A DNA stretch of 64,000 nt, from positions 29,883,360 through 29,947,359 of the forward strand of contig NC_043019.1 of NCBI RefSeq assembly GCF_006345805.1, in the 5' to 3' direction. The stretch comes from Octopus sinensis (taxonomy: Eukaryota). Shown in pieces: positions 26,471-40,190 of the stretch. The notes under the pieces were generated by a model. It was given only the letters and a program-made list of their open reading frames with translations, was not told the origin of the DNA and did no database searches. Both the position numbers and the translations under genes were made by a program. Each line of letters starts with the position of its first letter. The first letter of the stretch is position 1.

Positions 26471-28823
26471 ATGTAGCCATAAATAAGTGACAGATGAAAC
26501 GCTCATGGTAGGAAAGTCTTTGTTCATAGGTCAGCTGAATCAGTACTGACCTGGTGTTAAACAATACTTCACTTTAGCCAACATGGGAGTCTCTATGCAG
26601 ATGCTCCACTTGCTAGAAATAACAGCCAAAACACCAACTTTTTTTTTTATAAAAAACAGACATACTAGATGATGTAACCCTAGATATACTATGTCTGGAA
26701 AATAATTGGATGGTAACAGACAGGTGCATTTGTTTGCTGGATGAGGACTGACCTATATATATATGTGATATATAAATATATCACATGGTCACTTAATCTG
26801 CTAGAAATAACAGCCAAATCTCCCTCCAGTCATACATTTTCATCTTTAAAAAAGTAAAGGACACATTGAACAATGTAGTCCTAGATATGGGTAGCAACAT
26901 GCAGCCTAGCAGTCCTTCTTCACCATGTGATCATTGGGAGAAAAATCAATGGGACAATCAGTACAGAAGTTGAGAGGAGGTTCCTGACAGAACAAATAAA
27001 TACAGAATTCTTGGTCGGCTGTTTGGCCTCAGGTTGAAAGGAATCACCTCATTTACAGTGCACTTATCCAAGCATGCACACAAGCCATTCTTAAATCTCA
27101 CCTCTCACCACACACAAACATGTAGCTAGCCAATTCTTAGCCACATATAACATCCACACATATCTCTCTGCTGGTAATCAGTAGTACAGCCTCCGGCAAG
27201 TAACTTTTATAATCATTGTGGTGTTCATGTATTTATAAATAGCCTAATCAAAAATCTAATATGGACTTGGTTTTGTGTCTTTTATATATATTTTATCTTT
27301 TACTTGTGTCAGTCATTGGACTGTGGCCATGCTGGGGCACTGCTTTGAAGGGTTTAGTTTGGATAAATCAACCCCAGTACTTGTTATGTTTTAAAAGCCT
27401 TTTTGCTGAACTGCTAAGTTATAGGGATGTAAACAAACCAATATCAGTTCTCAAGCAGTGATGGGGGACAAACACTCACAGATATATACATACATAGGTA
27501 TATATATCTATCTATCCATCCATCCATCCATAGGTATATATATCTATCTATATCTATCTATCCATCCATCCATCCAAATACTGTTTAACGCCAGGTCAGT
27601 ACTGATCCAGCTGAGCTATGATCATAGACTTTCCTACCACGAGCATTTCATCTGTCTCTTAATTTTCAAGACATCAGGGTGTTCTCCAAAAGGTATTTGG
27701 TCATTATTTCTAGCTGGTTCAGAAGACTGCATACAAATTTTGCTTATCGCCATATTTTCTGGCATATAAGTGGAATTTTTTTATCAGACCAAAATTAACT
27801 GCCAAGAAAGGTAGGCCAACCAAAATTTCCATGCAAAATGCAGCAGGATTTAGAAAGATAGTGGTGCTTAAATGTTTACACTACCTGTTTACACTATATA
27901 TATTGCATCAACTTTTATGCTGGAAAATACGGAAATTCATAAAAAAAAAAAAAAAAAATTTAGTTCTTGTTTCTCTGAAGTCACTCTTAATCTAGCAAAT
28001 CTATGATGAAAGATATTCCAGTCTTGGCCACTCAGTATTTTTATAGCTATAAATTATTGCAGCATTAAGTGTTTTATTTTAATATTGTACTCTATTTTTA
28101 TAGAATCTAGCTATAGAGTTTTAGCTAACATTATGTATAAAGATATGTAAACACCTTGTCTCTGTTCATGAAAATGTTATATAAAAACTCTAGAGTGGTT
28201 ACATATTCCGATGCATACGTCTTTATCATTGTTGTCATAATCGTTTAGCATCCAATTTTCCATACTTGTATTAGTCAGATGAAGTTTTTTGAGACTGGTA
28301 TTTCTATGGCTAGAGGCCCTTTCTGTCACCAACTCTCCTCACCTGTTTCCAAGCAAGGTAATACTTCCTCACGGCCAGACACGAAGTTATGGTAGACGGC
28401 ACTTGCCCAAAGTGTTGCACGATGTGATTGAAACCCTTGGCCATGTGGTTGGGAAGCAAACTTTTTAACCACACAGCCAAACCTGCACCACCACCACCAC
28501 CACCACCACCACCACCACCATCATTATCATTTAACGTCTGTTTTCCATTCTGTGAAACGACATTGAAAGATTTAAATAATATTCTATGATTCTTTTCCTG
28601 GTTTCAAACCTTGGACTTTAGCCTTGCTAGGGGACTGCTTCAACGGGTTTATTGCAGACTATATCAACCCTAGTACTCAGAACCATCTGGTACCAAATTC
28701 TACCGCACGACTGTGATGACCACATTCTTCCTTTGTAGTAGAGCAGATGTGGTTATTTAATTGGTCCATCATTTGCACATTCTTTTTACAGCATTGTGCA
28801 TCCAATTCTGAGAGAGAGAGTGT

Positions 28824-28881
<58 letters not shown>

Positions 28882-29021
28882 ATTGGGTCCCAGTACTTGA
28901 GTGGTACTTTATTTCATAAAGCTTGAAAGGATTAAAAACAAATGTTAAAGCCAGTGGGATTTGCCCTGCAGCGAGGAGGTAAAGAGGAGGAACAAGCAGT
29001 GCAAGGAATTTGGTACTTTAA

Positions 29022-29241
29022 CCATTAGCATTTAAACTGGCCACATCCGGCTCAAATATTCTACTTGTTTTACGTTCAAACTGGTCAGATCCAGCCTTTG
29101 ACACTTGCCCTACAGTGTCATTCTAAAACTAAACAAACAATCACTTCAAAATCTTGAAGCTACAAGATAAAGCACGATTAATTCAAAACAATGTGTATAA
29201 TTAAGCAATACATTTGACTGAGTAATCAGAAGGATAAAGGG
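29022..29241 (+). mobile_element. TTAA-flanked MITE, same family as 12930-13150
   Basis: TTAA at both ends; shared body ttagcatttaaactggcc..agctacaagataa..aaagggttaa. Confidence 0.7.
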
Positions 29242-30406
29242 TTAATAATTCTGGCATCCACTATCCTATGTTGCTTTTACAAAGAAAAAAAAAGGAAAAA
29301 AGAAAAACAAGAGAAAAAAGCTATGAATCTAGATTGAAATGTAATTGTAAAGTCAACATGAGATGCAGTATTGTAATTTTTTTTTAAAATAACATAGAAG
29401 TGATGAGATACTGTTTTGATGAAAACAGTAATTTATCTGTATAAGCAGACTTTTATTCAAGACTAAGGGTTCTTTTGTTATCATTAACATGAACTATTTA
29501 ACATAACATCCACTTGTGTTAAAAAGGATTTGGTTAGGTTATTCAGCTAAAGACAGACACATATATGAAGCACACACATTCACACAAACATGTACACATA
29601 TGAAAAAAAGGCTACTATATTTCCTTACACATGCAAAAAGAAAAAAAAATTAGGAAATAGCAAGGCTAAAGCCCTAGAAAAGGGGCAAAAATCAATAGTA
29701 TATTATGAGTCATTTCCCTGCCCAGAATATACATTAGAATTCAGTGTTGCTGGCTTGAATAAAACCTCTCATTGTTTAGAATATACGTAATAATTTTGTT
29801 TTCCAATTGTAGGAAATAGAAGTGAAATTCTATGTGAAAAGTCATCAATAATATATTCAAGATGGAGTAGATTACAGGAAATATGTCTAATTTGATGTAT
29901 ATAATGTTTAGTTTTTATCTTCCTACTCTGTATTACATTACAGCTAAGGCAGAGATAAGTCATTGGAATAATCTATTTTATTGTAACTATTGGCTAGTTA
30001 TAATTATTGTGATTTACTTTATGTTGTTACTATACTGAAGATATGTCAAGCTGTGTGATTTCGCAGACATGGTTCTATGATAAAAAGTTTGCTCCCCAAA
30101 CCATATGTGTTTTGGGTTCAGTCCCACTGCATGGCATCTTGGGCAAGTGTTTTCAATTATAGCTGTGAGCCAGCTAAGCATCACTGTCATACAAGGGATG
30201 CTGTTCGTTTCTAGTCTTCTGTGTAAAACATGTTAGGCCATGGGAAAATTTTACCTTAATTGGAAACAAGTAAAGGTTTGGCAACAGGGAAGGCATCCAG
30301 CTGTAGAAAATCTGCCTCAACAAACACCATTTAACTTGTGCAAGCATGAGAAAATAGACATTATAGCTAAGACAGAGATAAGTTATTGAAATAATCTACT
30401 TTATTG

Positions 30407-30629
30407 TATGACGGGGTGCTGAAAAATTCCTGGCTTTAAGGGCATCACTAAAGGTCTAATTGGAGGTTCAATCTTCAGAGTTTTTTTTAACAGGGCTTAG
30501 AAAAACTGAAGGACCTCTGTAATAAGTGTGTGAATCTGAGAGGTGAATACATTGAATAAAATCATAATTAACTGATCCTCTTGTATTTTCTTTTACCCAA
30601 AGCCAGGAACTTTTCAGCAACCCCTCATA
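30407..30629 (+). mobile_element. Mariner-derived MITE
   Basis: TIRs tgacggggtgctgaaaaattcctggcttt / aaagccaggaacttttcagcaacccctca, TA TSD, C-terminal transposase remnant GLEKLKDLCNKCVNLRGEYIE*. Confidence 0.85.
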
Positions 30630-30770
30630 ACTATTGGCTAGTTATAATTATTTCATGTTACTTGACATTATCATAGTGAAGACATGTCTAGCTGTGTAAT
30701 TTCCATTTAACCTGTACAAGCTTGAGAAAGTGGACATTAAGTGATGATGAAGACGATGATGATAATATTT

Positions 30771-31152
30771 AGAAGCACTCCGTCGGTTACGACGACGAGG
30801 GTTCCAGTTGATCCGAATCAACGGAACAGCCTGCTTGTGAAATTAACGTGTAAATGGCTGAGCACTCCACAGACACGTGTACCCTTAACGTAGTTCTCGG
30901 GGATATTCAGCGTGACACAGAGAGTGATAAGGCCGGCCCTTTGAAATACAGGTACAACAGAAACAGGAAGTAAGAGTGAGAGAAAGTTGTAGTGAAAGAG
31001 TACAGCAGGGATCACCACCATCCCCTGCCGGAGCCTCGTGGAGCTTTAGGTGTTTTCGCTCAATAAACACTCATAACGCCCGGTCTGGGAATCGAAACCG
31101 CGATCCTATGACCGCGAGTCCGCTGCCCTAACCACTGGGCCATTGCGCCTCC
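30771..31152 (-). mobile_element. SINE family 1
   Basis: Full-length reverse copy of 8487-8880. Confidence 0.85.
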
Positions 31153-31904
31153 TTGATGATAATAATAGTTTGTTATAAAAGATTGTAGTTTAACTGTTTC
31201 GACACCAACTTCCCTGAGACTGACTCTAGTTCTCTGATTCAAAACCTCTGATACAAATGTTTTCATATTTAAATCAGAACTGTTCATCATGATTTCATGT
31301 GAAAAACCTTTTGTTGTGCTCAATGCAGCAGCTTACCAATAAAAAATTTATTTCACTAAATTATTGATTATTTTTCAAAATTAATTGAAACACATGGACA
31401 GTGTATTTCATTACAAATACAATAATGAATGTGTTAATTATGTCTAGCTTTGGTTTCAGATAGTTCTGTATTGTGCTGAAGATATATTATGTTGCAGTTA
31501 ATACAAAATTGTGGCTGACTAACATTTCATGTAATTCTATATTGCATCTAAAATGCATCAGGTTGCAGTAAAACTGTATTCTTAAAGAATTATGGTTTTC
31601 CGTAGTTCTATTGGGTGCAGCATATTCTTTTATTCTTTTACTTGTTTCAGTAATTTGACTGTGGCCATGCTGGAGCACCGCCTTGAAGGGTTTTAGTCAA
31701 ACAAATTGATGCTAGGACTTATTTTTTTTTTAAAGCTTAGTACTTATTTTATCGGTCGCTTTTGCCAAACTGCTAAGTTACGGGGATGTAAACACACTAA
31801 CACCGGTTGTCAATTGGAGATGGGGAGGAAACAAACACAGACACTAAAGCACATACACATAGATATATTCATATATCTCTGAACTTCATTTTATGTTTTA
31901 GGGG

Positions 31905-32395
31905 CATTCTTTTCATTCTGTTCATTCTGTGCATTCTGCTCATTCTGTTCATTCTGTTCATTCTGTGCATTCTGTGCATTCTGTTCATTCTGTGCATTCT
32001 GTTCATTCTGTTCATTCTGTGCATTCTGTTCATTCTGTGCATTCTGTGCATTCTGTTCATTCTGTGCATTCTGTGCATTCTGTTCATTCTGTGCCTTCTG
32101 TGCATTCTATTCATTCTGTTCATTCTGTGCATTCTGTGCATTTTATTCATTCTGTTCATTCTGTGCATTCTGTTCATTCTGTGCATTCTGTTCATTCTGT
32201 GCATTCTGTGCATTCTGTTCATTCTGTTCATTCTGTGCATTCTGTTCATTCTGTGCATTCTGTGCATTCTGTTCATTCTGTGCCTTCTGTGCATTCTATT
32301 CATTCTGTTCATTCTGTGCATTCTGTGCATTCTATTCATTCTGTGCATTCTATTCATTCTGTTCATTCTGTTCATTCTGTGCATTCTGCTCATTC
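31905..32395. repeat. 9-bp minisatellite (CATTCTGTT/CATTCTGTG)n
   Basis: About 54 units read directly. Confidence 0.97.
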
Positions 32396-32408
32396 AAAGC
32401 TCATCTTA

Positions 32409-33900
32409 GAGATAAACAGGAAGAACACCAATTAGGAATAATGTTAAAGCATCCTTCTCCACTCATAAGGGCTGGTTTCCCAGTTTCTGTGGCATATGTA
32501 TATATTTACCATCCTGGACGGGACGCTGGTTTATCACAGGAGCAATGTGAAATGAAGTGTTTTGCTCAAGAGCACAATGCATCGCCCAGTCCAGGAATTG
32601 AAACTGCAATCTTATGATCATGAATTGAACACCCTAACCACTAGACCACAAGTCTCCAGGAATAATTTTGTATGAGATAAACAGGAGAAACATAAACTAG
32701 GAATAATATTAGAGCATCCTTATCCAGTATTTTGGTCTCAAAAGGGCTGGCTTCCCGGTTTCTGTAGCATATATAATATATATGTACTCCCTGAACAGGA
32801 TGCTGGTTCATTGCAGGATTATTCATTTTTACCAGCTTAGTAGACCTAAGCAACATGAAGTGAAGTATTTTGCTCAAGAATGTAATGCATTGCCTAGTCC
32901 AGGAACTGAAACCACAATCTTATGATCATGAGTTGAACATTATTACCATTAGGTCACACATCTCCAGGAATAATGCTGCACGAGATAAACAGGAAGAATA
33001 TCAGGAATAATATTAGAGCATCCTTCTTGAGTCCTATGGAATCATAAGTGCTGGCTTCCTGGTTTCTGTGGTGTATATATATATTTACCCACTGAATAGG
33101 ATGCTGATTCATCCAGGATTACTCTTTTTTGCCAGCTGAGTAGCTTGAAGCAACATGAAATGAAGTATTTTGCTGAAGAGCATAATGCATCGCCTAGTCC
33201 AGGAATTGAAACTGCAATCTTATGATCATGAGTCGAATACTTTTACCACTCGGCTACATACTTCCAGGAATAAAGCTGCACGAGATAAACAGAAGGAATA
33301 TCAACTAAGAACAATGTTGCAACAGATAAGCAGGAATAATATCAGGAATGATATTAGAGCATCCTTCTTGAGTCTTATGGAATCATAAGGGCTGCTTTCC
33401 TGGTTTCTGTGGTGTAGGCGGTGAGCTGGCAGAAACGTTAGCGTGCCGGGCAAAATGCATAGCCGTTTTTTGTCTGTCGTTAAGTTCTGAGTTCAAATTC
33501 CGCCGAGGTCGACTTTGCCTCTCATCCTCTCGGGGTCGATAAATAAAGTACCAGTTTCGCACTGGGTCCATGTAGTCGACTCAATCCCTTTGTCTGTCGT
33601 TGTTTTGTCCCCTCTATGTTTAGCCCCTTGTGGGTAGTAAAGAAATATATATATTTACCCACTGAATAGGATGCTGATTCATCCAGGATTACTCATTTTT
33701 GCCAGCTGAGTAGCTTGAAGCAACATGAAATGATGTATTTTGTGGATGTACATAATGCATCGCCTAGTCCAGGAATTGAAACTGCAATCTTATGATCATG
33801 AGTCGAATACTTTTACCACTAGGCTACACACCTCTAGGAATAATAATATGCTGCATGAGATAAACAGAAGGAATATCCACTAAGAATAATGTTGATTAAG
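32409..33900. repeat. Tandem array of ~265-310 bp units containing a reverse family 4-like SINE
   Basis: The unit marker gagataaacag recurs at 32409, 32674, 32982, 33282 and 33857. Confidence 0.85.
33417..33646 (+). mobile_element. SINE family 2 inserted in a tandem array unit
   Basis: The neighbouring unit (~33070) shows the empty site gtggtgta|tatatatttacccactg. Confidence 0.85.
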
Positions 33901-34690
33901 AACTCATTTACTCCCTTGAAACATTGATATTTAAAACTAAAATGATGAATTTTCATACGATATTCTATCCCATCTGCGCTTGCATGTTTATTGTTTTTTA
34001 ACATCCCTTGCTGCTTATCATCTCTCTTCATCTTTTACTGTTTCTATTGGCTTTGTTAGCTTTTATCTCATAATAATCTGTACTCCATGAATAGCTATTT
34101 TCTTAATCATGGTATAAAGCAGGATTATTTTCAGTGCGTTTTATCAATTTAATATATAGGGTGTTATTATCTCCGTGACCAACTAAGCTAATACTGTCGT
34201 AGATTGTGCTGCTGTGTTTTTGTTATACCAAGTTTAACAATGTTCCGGAATAATGAGAAGATGGACAAATGGATAAGAACTGTGTCAGTGGATATTCATG
34301 ATTGTAAGATATACTTTAGGCACGTTGTTTTAACCATTCCCCAGCTCCTCTCCCCCTGCCGCCATGTTAGTTATGGAGCAAGTATTTAGTCAGGAATTAT
34401 ATTTAACGAGAAAAATCTAGTGAATGAGGAAGTTGAGCAGCATAAAGGATGAGATATATTAAACTTTGATGGGGGGGGATAAGAGGGGGGAGGAGAGAGT
34501 GGAGAGGAAGAAGGAGGGAGAGGGTGAGAGAGAGAAAGAGGGAGGTGGAGGCGGAAGGGGAGAGAGTGGTGGAGGGGAGAGTGTGAGGGAGGGACAGGGA
34601 GAGAGGAAGTGAGGGATGGAGGAAAAGAGAGGGAGAGGAATAGGGAGAAAGAAAGGAAAGGAGGGAGAGAATGAGAGAAAGAGAGGACAA

Positions 34691-34724
<34 letters not shown>

Positions 34725-35164
34725 GTTTGTTTTCTACTAAATTCAAGGACACTTGGATATAACTATTGTGTTGAAATTTTTTGCTTATTGTTCTCAAAAA
34801 CTAATCAACAGAATATTAAATGTCTAAGGCATTTACCAGGCAACCTACCAACAACACAAAACACAAAAGAAAAATGGAAACACCATCCACCAATCTAAAA
34901 AAAAAATCCGAAACAATCAACAACAGCATGCTCCCAGAAAAGTAGCAGACACATTCAAAAAGATGCATCAGGACAGACCTTTCAACAAAGTCATACTCGT
35001 GCCAGTGACAACTCCATTGTAACCATGGAAATGACTGCATGCCAGGGATCATGTGACATCTGTCCATGCTGCCTGATGAAGAGACATATTTAAATTAAGA
35101 GTTTCTATGTGACGTTCAGTACTTTGGTTTTCTTTTATTTAACTTAATTATCTTACATAATTAT

Positions 35165-35344
35165 ATAGGTGCAGACATGGGTGTGTGACTTGGCTAAGCA
35201 ACCATGTGGTTTCAGGTTCAGTCCTTATGCGTGACACCTTGGGCAAGTGTCTTCTGCTATAGCCCCAGGACTGACTAATGCCTTGTAAGTGAATTTGGCA
35301 GACAGTACGTATGTATGTATGTATCTATGTGTGTGTGTGTGTGT

Positions 35345-35404
<60 letters not shown>

Positions 35405-35423
35405 ATGTACACACACATACACA

Positions 35424-35463
<40 letters not shown>

Positions 35464-35481
35464 CATACACACACACACACA

Positions 35482-35521
<40 letters not shown>

Positions 35522-35655
35522 CATACATCTATATATACATACATCTATATATATATATATATATACATACATACATCTATATATACATACATCTATGTAT
35601 ATATATATATACACATGCATACATCTATGTATATATGTATATATGTGTGCATATA

Positions 35656-35687
<32 letters not shown>

Positions 35688-36160
35688 CATGTATATATAT
35701 ATACATATATATGTATATACGCACAGTCAAATCATCCAACCCATGCCAGCATGGAAAGCAGACGTTAAACCAGCTGGAATTGAAAAGGGCATCCAACTGT
35801 AAAAACCATGTCAAAACAGCCTGGTGTAGCTCTCCAGCTTGCCAGCTCCTATGAAACCATCTAACCCATGCCAGCATGAAAGTGGATATTAAATGATAAT
35901 GATGATGATGATGTTATGAGTGTGTGTGTGTATATGTGTCTGTGTGTTTTTGTCCAGCTGCCATTGCTAGACAACCAATGTTGCTTTGTTTATGTCCCCG
36001 TAACACTTAGTAGTCCAGCAAAAAAGACCGATCGTATAAGTACCAGACTTTAAAAAAAACAATAATAATAAATGCTGGGTTCGATTTGTTCGATTAAACT
36101 CTTCAAGGTGGTGCCCCAGCATGGCCACAGTCCAATGACTGAAACAAATAAAAGATAAGA
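35165..36160 (+). mobile_element. SINE family 3 with hugely expanded internal microsatellite
   Basis: Head 35165-35305, ~410 bp compound TG/TA/CA tract, an inserted fragment, then 3' module ~35930-36160. Confidence 0.7.
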
Positions 36161-36499
36161 GATCTAAATGGACATAAGGTCCAATACTTTTATCTCATAA
36201 CCAGCATCTCCCATGACTATAACAGTGCAATATCAGATCAGCAGTATTTTCTGTAACAGTGAGTCGGCAATGCAGTACTTACACTACTAATGGATAAACA
36301 ATATAATAACTTCTTTAATGGTACAACAGTATAACTAACACATCAGAAATTGTGCATCAATGCAATAATTGAGCAGTAAATACTGCAGCCAGTGCTGTAA
36401 AACTGCATCAGTATTGCAGTAGAGGTACACACCGACTTTCCAGACAACTATGGTCTGGAACCTCTTATAATTGGCACTAATTTATGAGCAGGAACTTCA

Positions 36500-36863
36500 G
36501 TGGAGGCGCAATGGCCCAGTGGTTAGGGCAGCAGACACGAGGTCGGAGAATCGTGGTTTCGATTCCCAGACCGGGCGTTGTGTGTGTTTATTGAGCGAAA
36601 ACACCTAAAGCTCCACGATGCTCCGGCAGAGGGTGGTGGCGACCCCTGTTGTACTCTGTCGCCCCAACTTTCTCTCACTCTGTCTTCCTGTTTCTTGTCC
36701 CCGACTTCCTATGCAAACACTGGGCCTGGATGCGCATTCATCCATCCGTCGATGCTCTCGGTGTCGGGGGCTTGACCTGCTTTCTCTTCGAATAGCAAAG
36801 GGCCACGTTTTGGACTGCTCGGACCGGACTGCTTGGACCGGACCGCTCAACAGCAATAGCAAC
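36500..36863 (+). mobile_element. SINE family 1 head with alternative GC-rich tail
   Basis: Head shared with family 1 to ~36690, different tail ending caacagcaatagcaac; 13-bp TSD agcaggaacttca. Confidence 0.8.
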
Positions 36864-38484
36864 AGCAGGAACTTCAAATTCCTGTGACTGCCAGACTAGT
36901 TTACTGGGTAGCCCTATTTCATAGTGCCTTGCACAGTACAGTTTTAATAAACTTGTATGACTTACGCTCACCCTGGTCCCTCTTACAACCTTTCTTTACC
37001 TTGTGGAATGATCTCCTGTAAAGACATCAGAATCTAAGTTTGAATCTTTTGACCACTACTATGTGTCTTCTATACGGAGAATCTCTGGTTCTCAAATGTA
37101 ACTATACATGTATGTGTTCATATGTGCATATATGTATACAATCCTGTCCTCACTGCCCTGCTCACTGTATCAGCGCTATCCCATAGTCCCCACTCTATAC
37201 ACCCAGGTTTTCATCAGTCACTGCATTCTCCACACTCAGTGCATCCATGTGAGGTCTCTACTCCCTACTCATGCTTCTTTGACAATACCCTGCCACTTAT
37301 ATTATGACCTCTGGAGAATATACCCTGGCTCTTGTTATCTTCTTCTTCCTTTACTCTACCATACCATTTATATTCTGATCCCTGTTCCTTGTGAGTATAC
37401 CCTGGCACTTTGCCACCATCTCTCTCCCACTCTCTCTTGCACTCTTGCTGTCTCCCACTACCTCTCTCTCTCTCTTGCTTTTCTCTCTGGGTGGGTAACC
37501 ACATATCTCTTCTACAGCAGTGCACCTATTTCTCTCCTCATTCTCTCTCTCTCTTTATTCCTCTCTAACCTCCCCCTCTCTCTGGACAGGTAACCGTGTA
37601 CCTCCTTTACAGCAAGGCACCTGTTTCTGTCTGTCTGTCACACTCTAACCTTTCATCATCTAACACAAGACCACCTCCCCCAATGCCCTCTCTCCTCTCA
37701 AAAAGATCTTTGTCTTGCAAGTTACTTGGTGATCTTGCCAGTGCCGGAGCCACATAAAAAGCACCCAGTCCATAATGCTAAGTGGTTGGCATTTGGAAGG
37801 GCATGCAGCTGTAAAAAACATGCCAAAACTGACCTTGCCTGTGCTGGTGCCATGTAAAAAGCACTGAGTCCACTCTGCAGAGTGATTGATATTTCGAAGG
37901 GCGTCCAGCTGTGAAAAACCCTGCCAAAACAGACACAGAAGTCCTGTCAAACCGTCCAACCCACACCAGCATGGAAGGCGGACATTAAATGATGGTGGTT
38001 ATATATAATGATGGTGGTAGACTCTCCCGTCGAAGACGACATATGAGTGTTTAGTTTTTGCCGAACGACCTGCACAAAGGATTTGTTTATAATGATCAAA
38101 TGTTCATGCCACACATTAGCTCACTGCTGCCATCAAATTGATGTTGTCTGAACAAGTGCATGGTGTACTACTTGTTGGGTTTCAAAGTGATCACAGAGCA
38201 AGATGAGATGAAGTACTTTGCTCAAGAACTCAATGCATCACTTGATCTAGGGATAGTAGTAGTTGTAGTAGAAATATTGCAGCATCTGTACCATAACAAT
38301 GCATTAATGTAAGCAACAACAGCAGTGCCTTAATAATTTGGCAACGACAGCTGTTTATAGTGCAGTGGTACTGTAACAGTGCATTTCTTGTGCAATAGAA
38401 ACGCAGTGGTAATCTATAGTACTGTAACACTCCAGCAGCAGCAGCAGCAGAATAATAATAATTTACAATGCAGAAAGCATGATG

Positions 38485-38902
38485 GAGCAGGAGTGGCTGT
38501 GTGGTAAGTAGCTTGCTTACCAACCACATGGTTCCGGGTTCAGTCCCACTGTGTGGCACCTTGGGCAAGTGTCTTCTACTATAGCCTCGAGCCAACCAAA
38601 GCCTTGTGAGTGGATTTGGTAGACGGAAACTGAAAGAAGTCCGTCGTATATATGTATATGTATATATATGTATGTGTGCGTGTATGTTTGTGTGTCTGTG
38701 TTTGTCCCCCTAGCATTGCTTGACAACCGATGCTGGTGTGTTTACGGCCCCGTCACTTAGCGGTTCGGCAAAAGAGACCGATAGAATAAGTACTGGGCTT
38801 ACAAAGAATAAGTCCCGGGGTCGAGTTGCTCGACTAAAGGCGGTGCTCCAGCATGGCCGCAGTCAAATGACTGAAACAAGTAAAAGAGTAAAAGAATAAA
38901 GA
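38485..38902 (+). mobile_element. SINE family 3
   Basis: Near-consensus copy. Confidence 0.85.
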
Positions 38903-39639
38903 GTGTGCAGAGACAATGCAATATCAGAGCAGCAATGGTGCTGTAATAGAGCAGTAACGAGAATTGTTACAGTTCAATGTCAGGAGAACAAAGAGCAGTC
39001 AGAGAACCATGTCTCACATTACTGCTATCAACTTGACACTGAGTGTAATCAAAGGGAAATATTGCCCGGCCGAATTGTAAATACTTTAAGCGTACTAATC
39101 TACAGGTATTATAGATTAATGTATTCATACCTGTTTGAGATTAGATCATATCACAGAGAACGCCGCCGAAGTCAATTTTAAATGATATGATTGATTTTTG
39201 TTTCGTTTTATGTACTTTAATTAATAAAGCTGTTAATTATTCAGTGCTGTCGAGAACATAGACGCTCATATCATTTTCATAAATTACCATAATATAAATG
39301 TTTAGCTCTTTTAACATTTGGTTTTATTTCGTCAGATGTAATGCTTATTGCTTTTTTATTCACGTTGTTTTGAATCAATCGTGCATTATTTCATAGCTTT
39401 GAGATTTTGATGATATCACCACCGTCGTCATTGTTTCATGTCTATTTTCCATGCTGGCATGGGTCGGACGGCTTGATAGGAGTTGGAAAGGCCAGGAGCT
39501 GCAACAGGTTCCATAGTCTGTTTTGGTTTGGTTTCTACAGGCTGGATGTCTTTTCTAATGCCAATCACTTTACAGAGTGTACTAGGTGCATTTTATGTGG
39601 TGCTAGAACCAGTGTGTTTTATGTGGAACCATTATCAGT

Positions 39640-40190
39640 GCATTTTACTTGGCACCATCACCAGTACTTTTTACATGGCTCCATCACCAGTGCTTTTTAC
39701 GTGGCTCCACCACCAGTGCTTTAATGTGGCTCCATCACCAGTGCTTTTTACATGGCTCCATCACCAGTGCTTTTTACGTGACACCATCACCAGTGCTTTT
39801 TACGTGGCTCCACCACCAGTGCTTTAATGTGGCTCCATCACCAGTGATTTTTACATGGCTCCATCACCAGTGCTTTTTACGTGACACCATCACCAGTGCT
39901 TTAATGTGAATCCATCACCAGTGCTTTTTACGTGGCTCCACCACCAGTGCTTTAATGTGGCACCATCACCAGTGCTTTTTACGTGGCTCCATCACCAGTG
40001 CTTTTTATGTGGCACCACCACCAGTGCTTTAATGTGGCTCCATCACCAGTGATTTTTACATGGCTCCATCACCAGTGCGTTTTACGTGGCACCACCACCA
40101 GTGCTTTAATGTGAATCCATCACCAGTGATTTTTACATGGCACCATCACCAGTGCTTTTTACATAGCACCACTACCAGTGCCTTTTATAT
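39640..40190. repeat. 25/26-bp minisatellite (CCATCACCAGTGCTTTTTACGTGGCT)n
   Basis: About 20 variant units read directly. Confidence 0.95.

Noticed and set aside
30785-30845. Antisense SINE family 1 tail (acgacga..hairpin..gtgaaa) as a hammerhead
   Set aside because: The core lacks C3 and U4 and there is no stem I or III; it is better explained as the SINE 3' stem-loop.
31807-32435. ORFs of 168-200 aa (ILF/HSV/MHR repeats)
   Set aside because: Stop-free 9-bp minisatellite.
35072-35105. CTGATGAAGAGAC, possible hammerhead or Penelope end
   Set aside because: No GAAA or closing stems downstream; the upstream frame shows no recognisable GIY-YIG motif.
39640-40190. CRISPR-like appearance of this array and of 63140-64000
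   Set aside because: No unique spacers, no cas genes, eukaryotic context.
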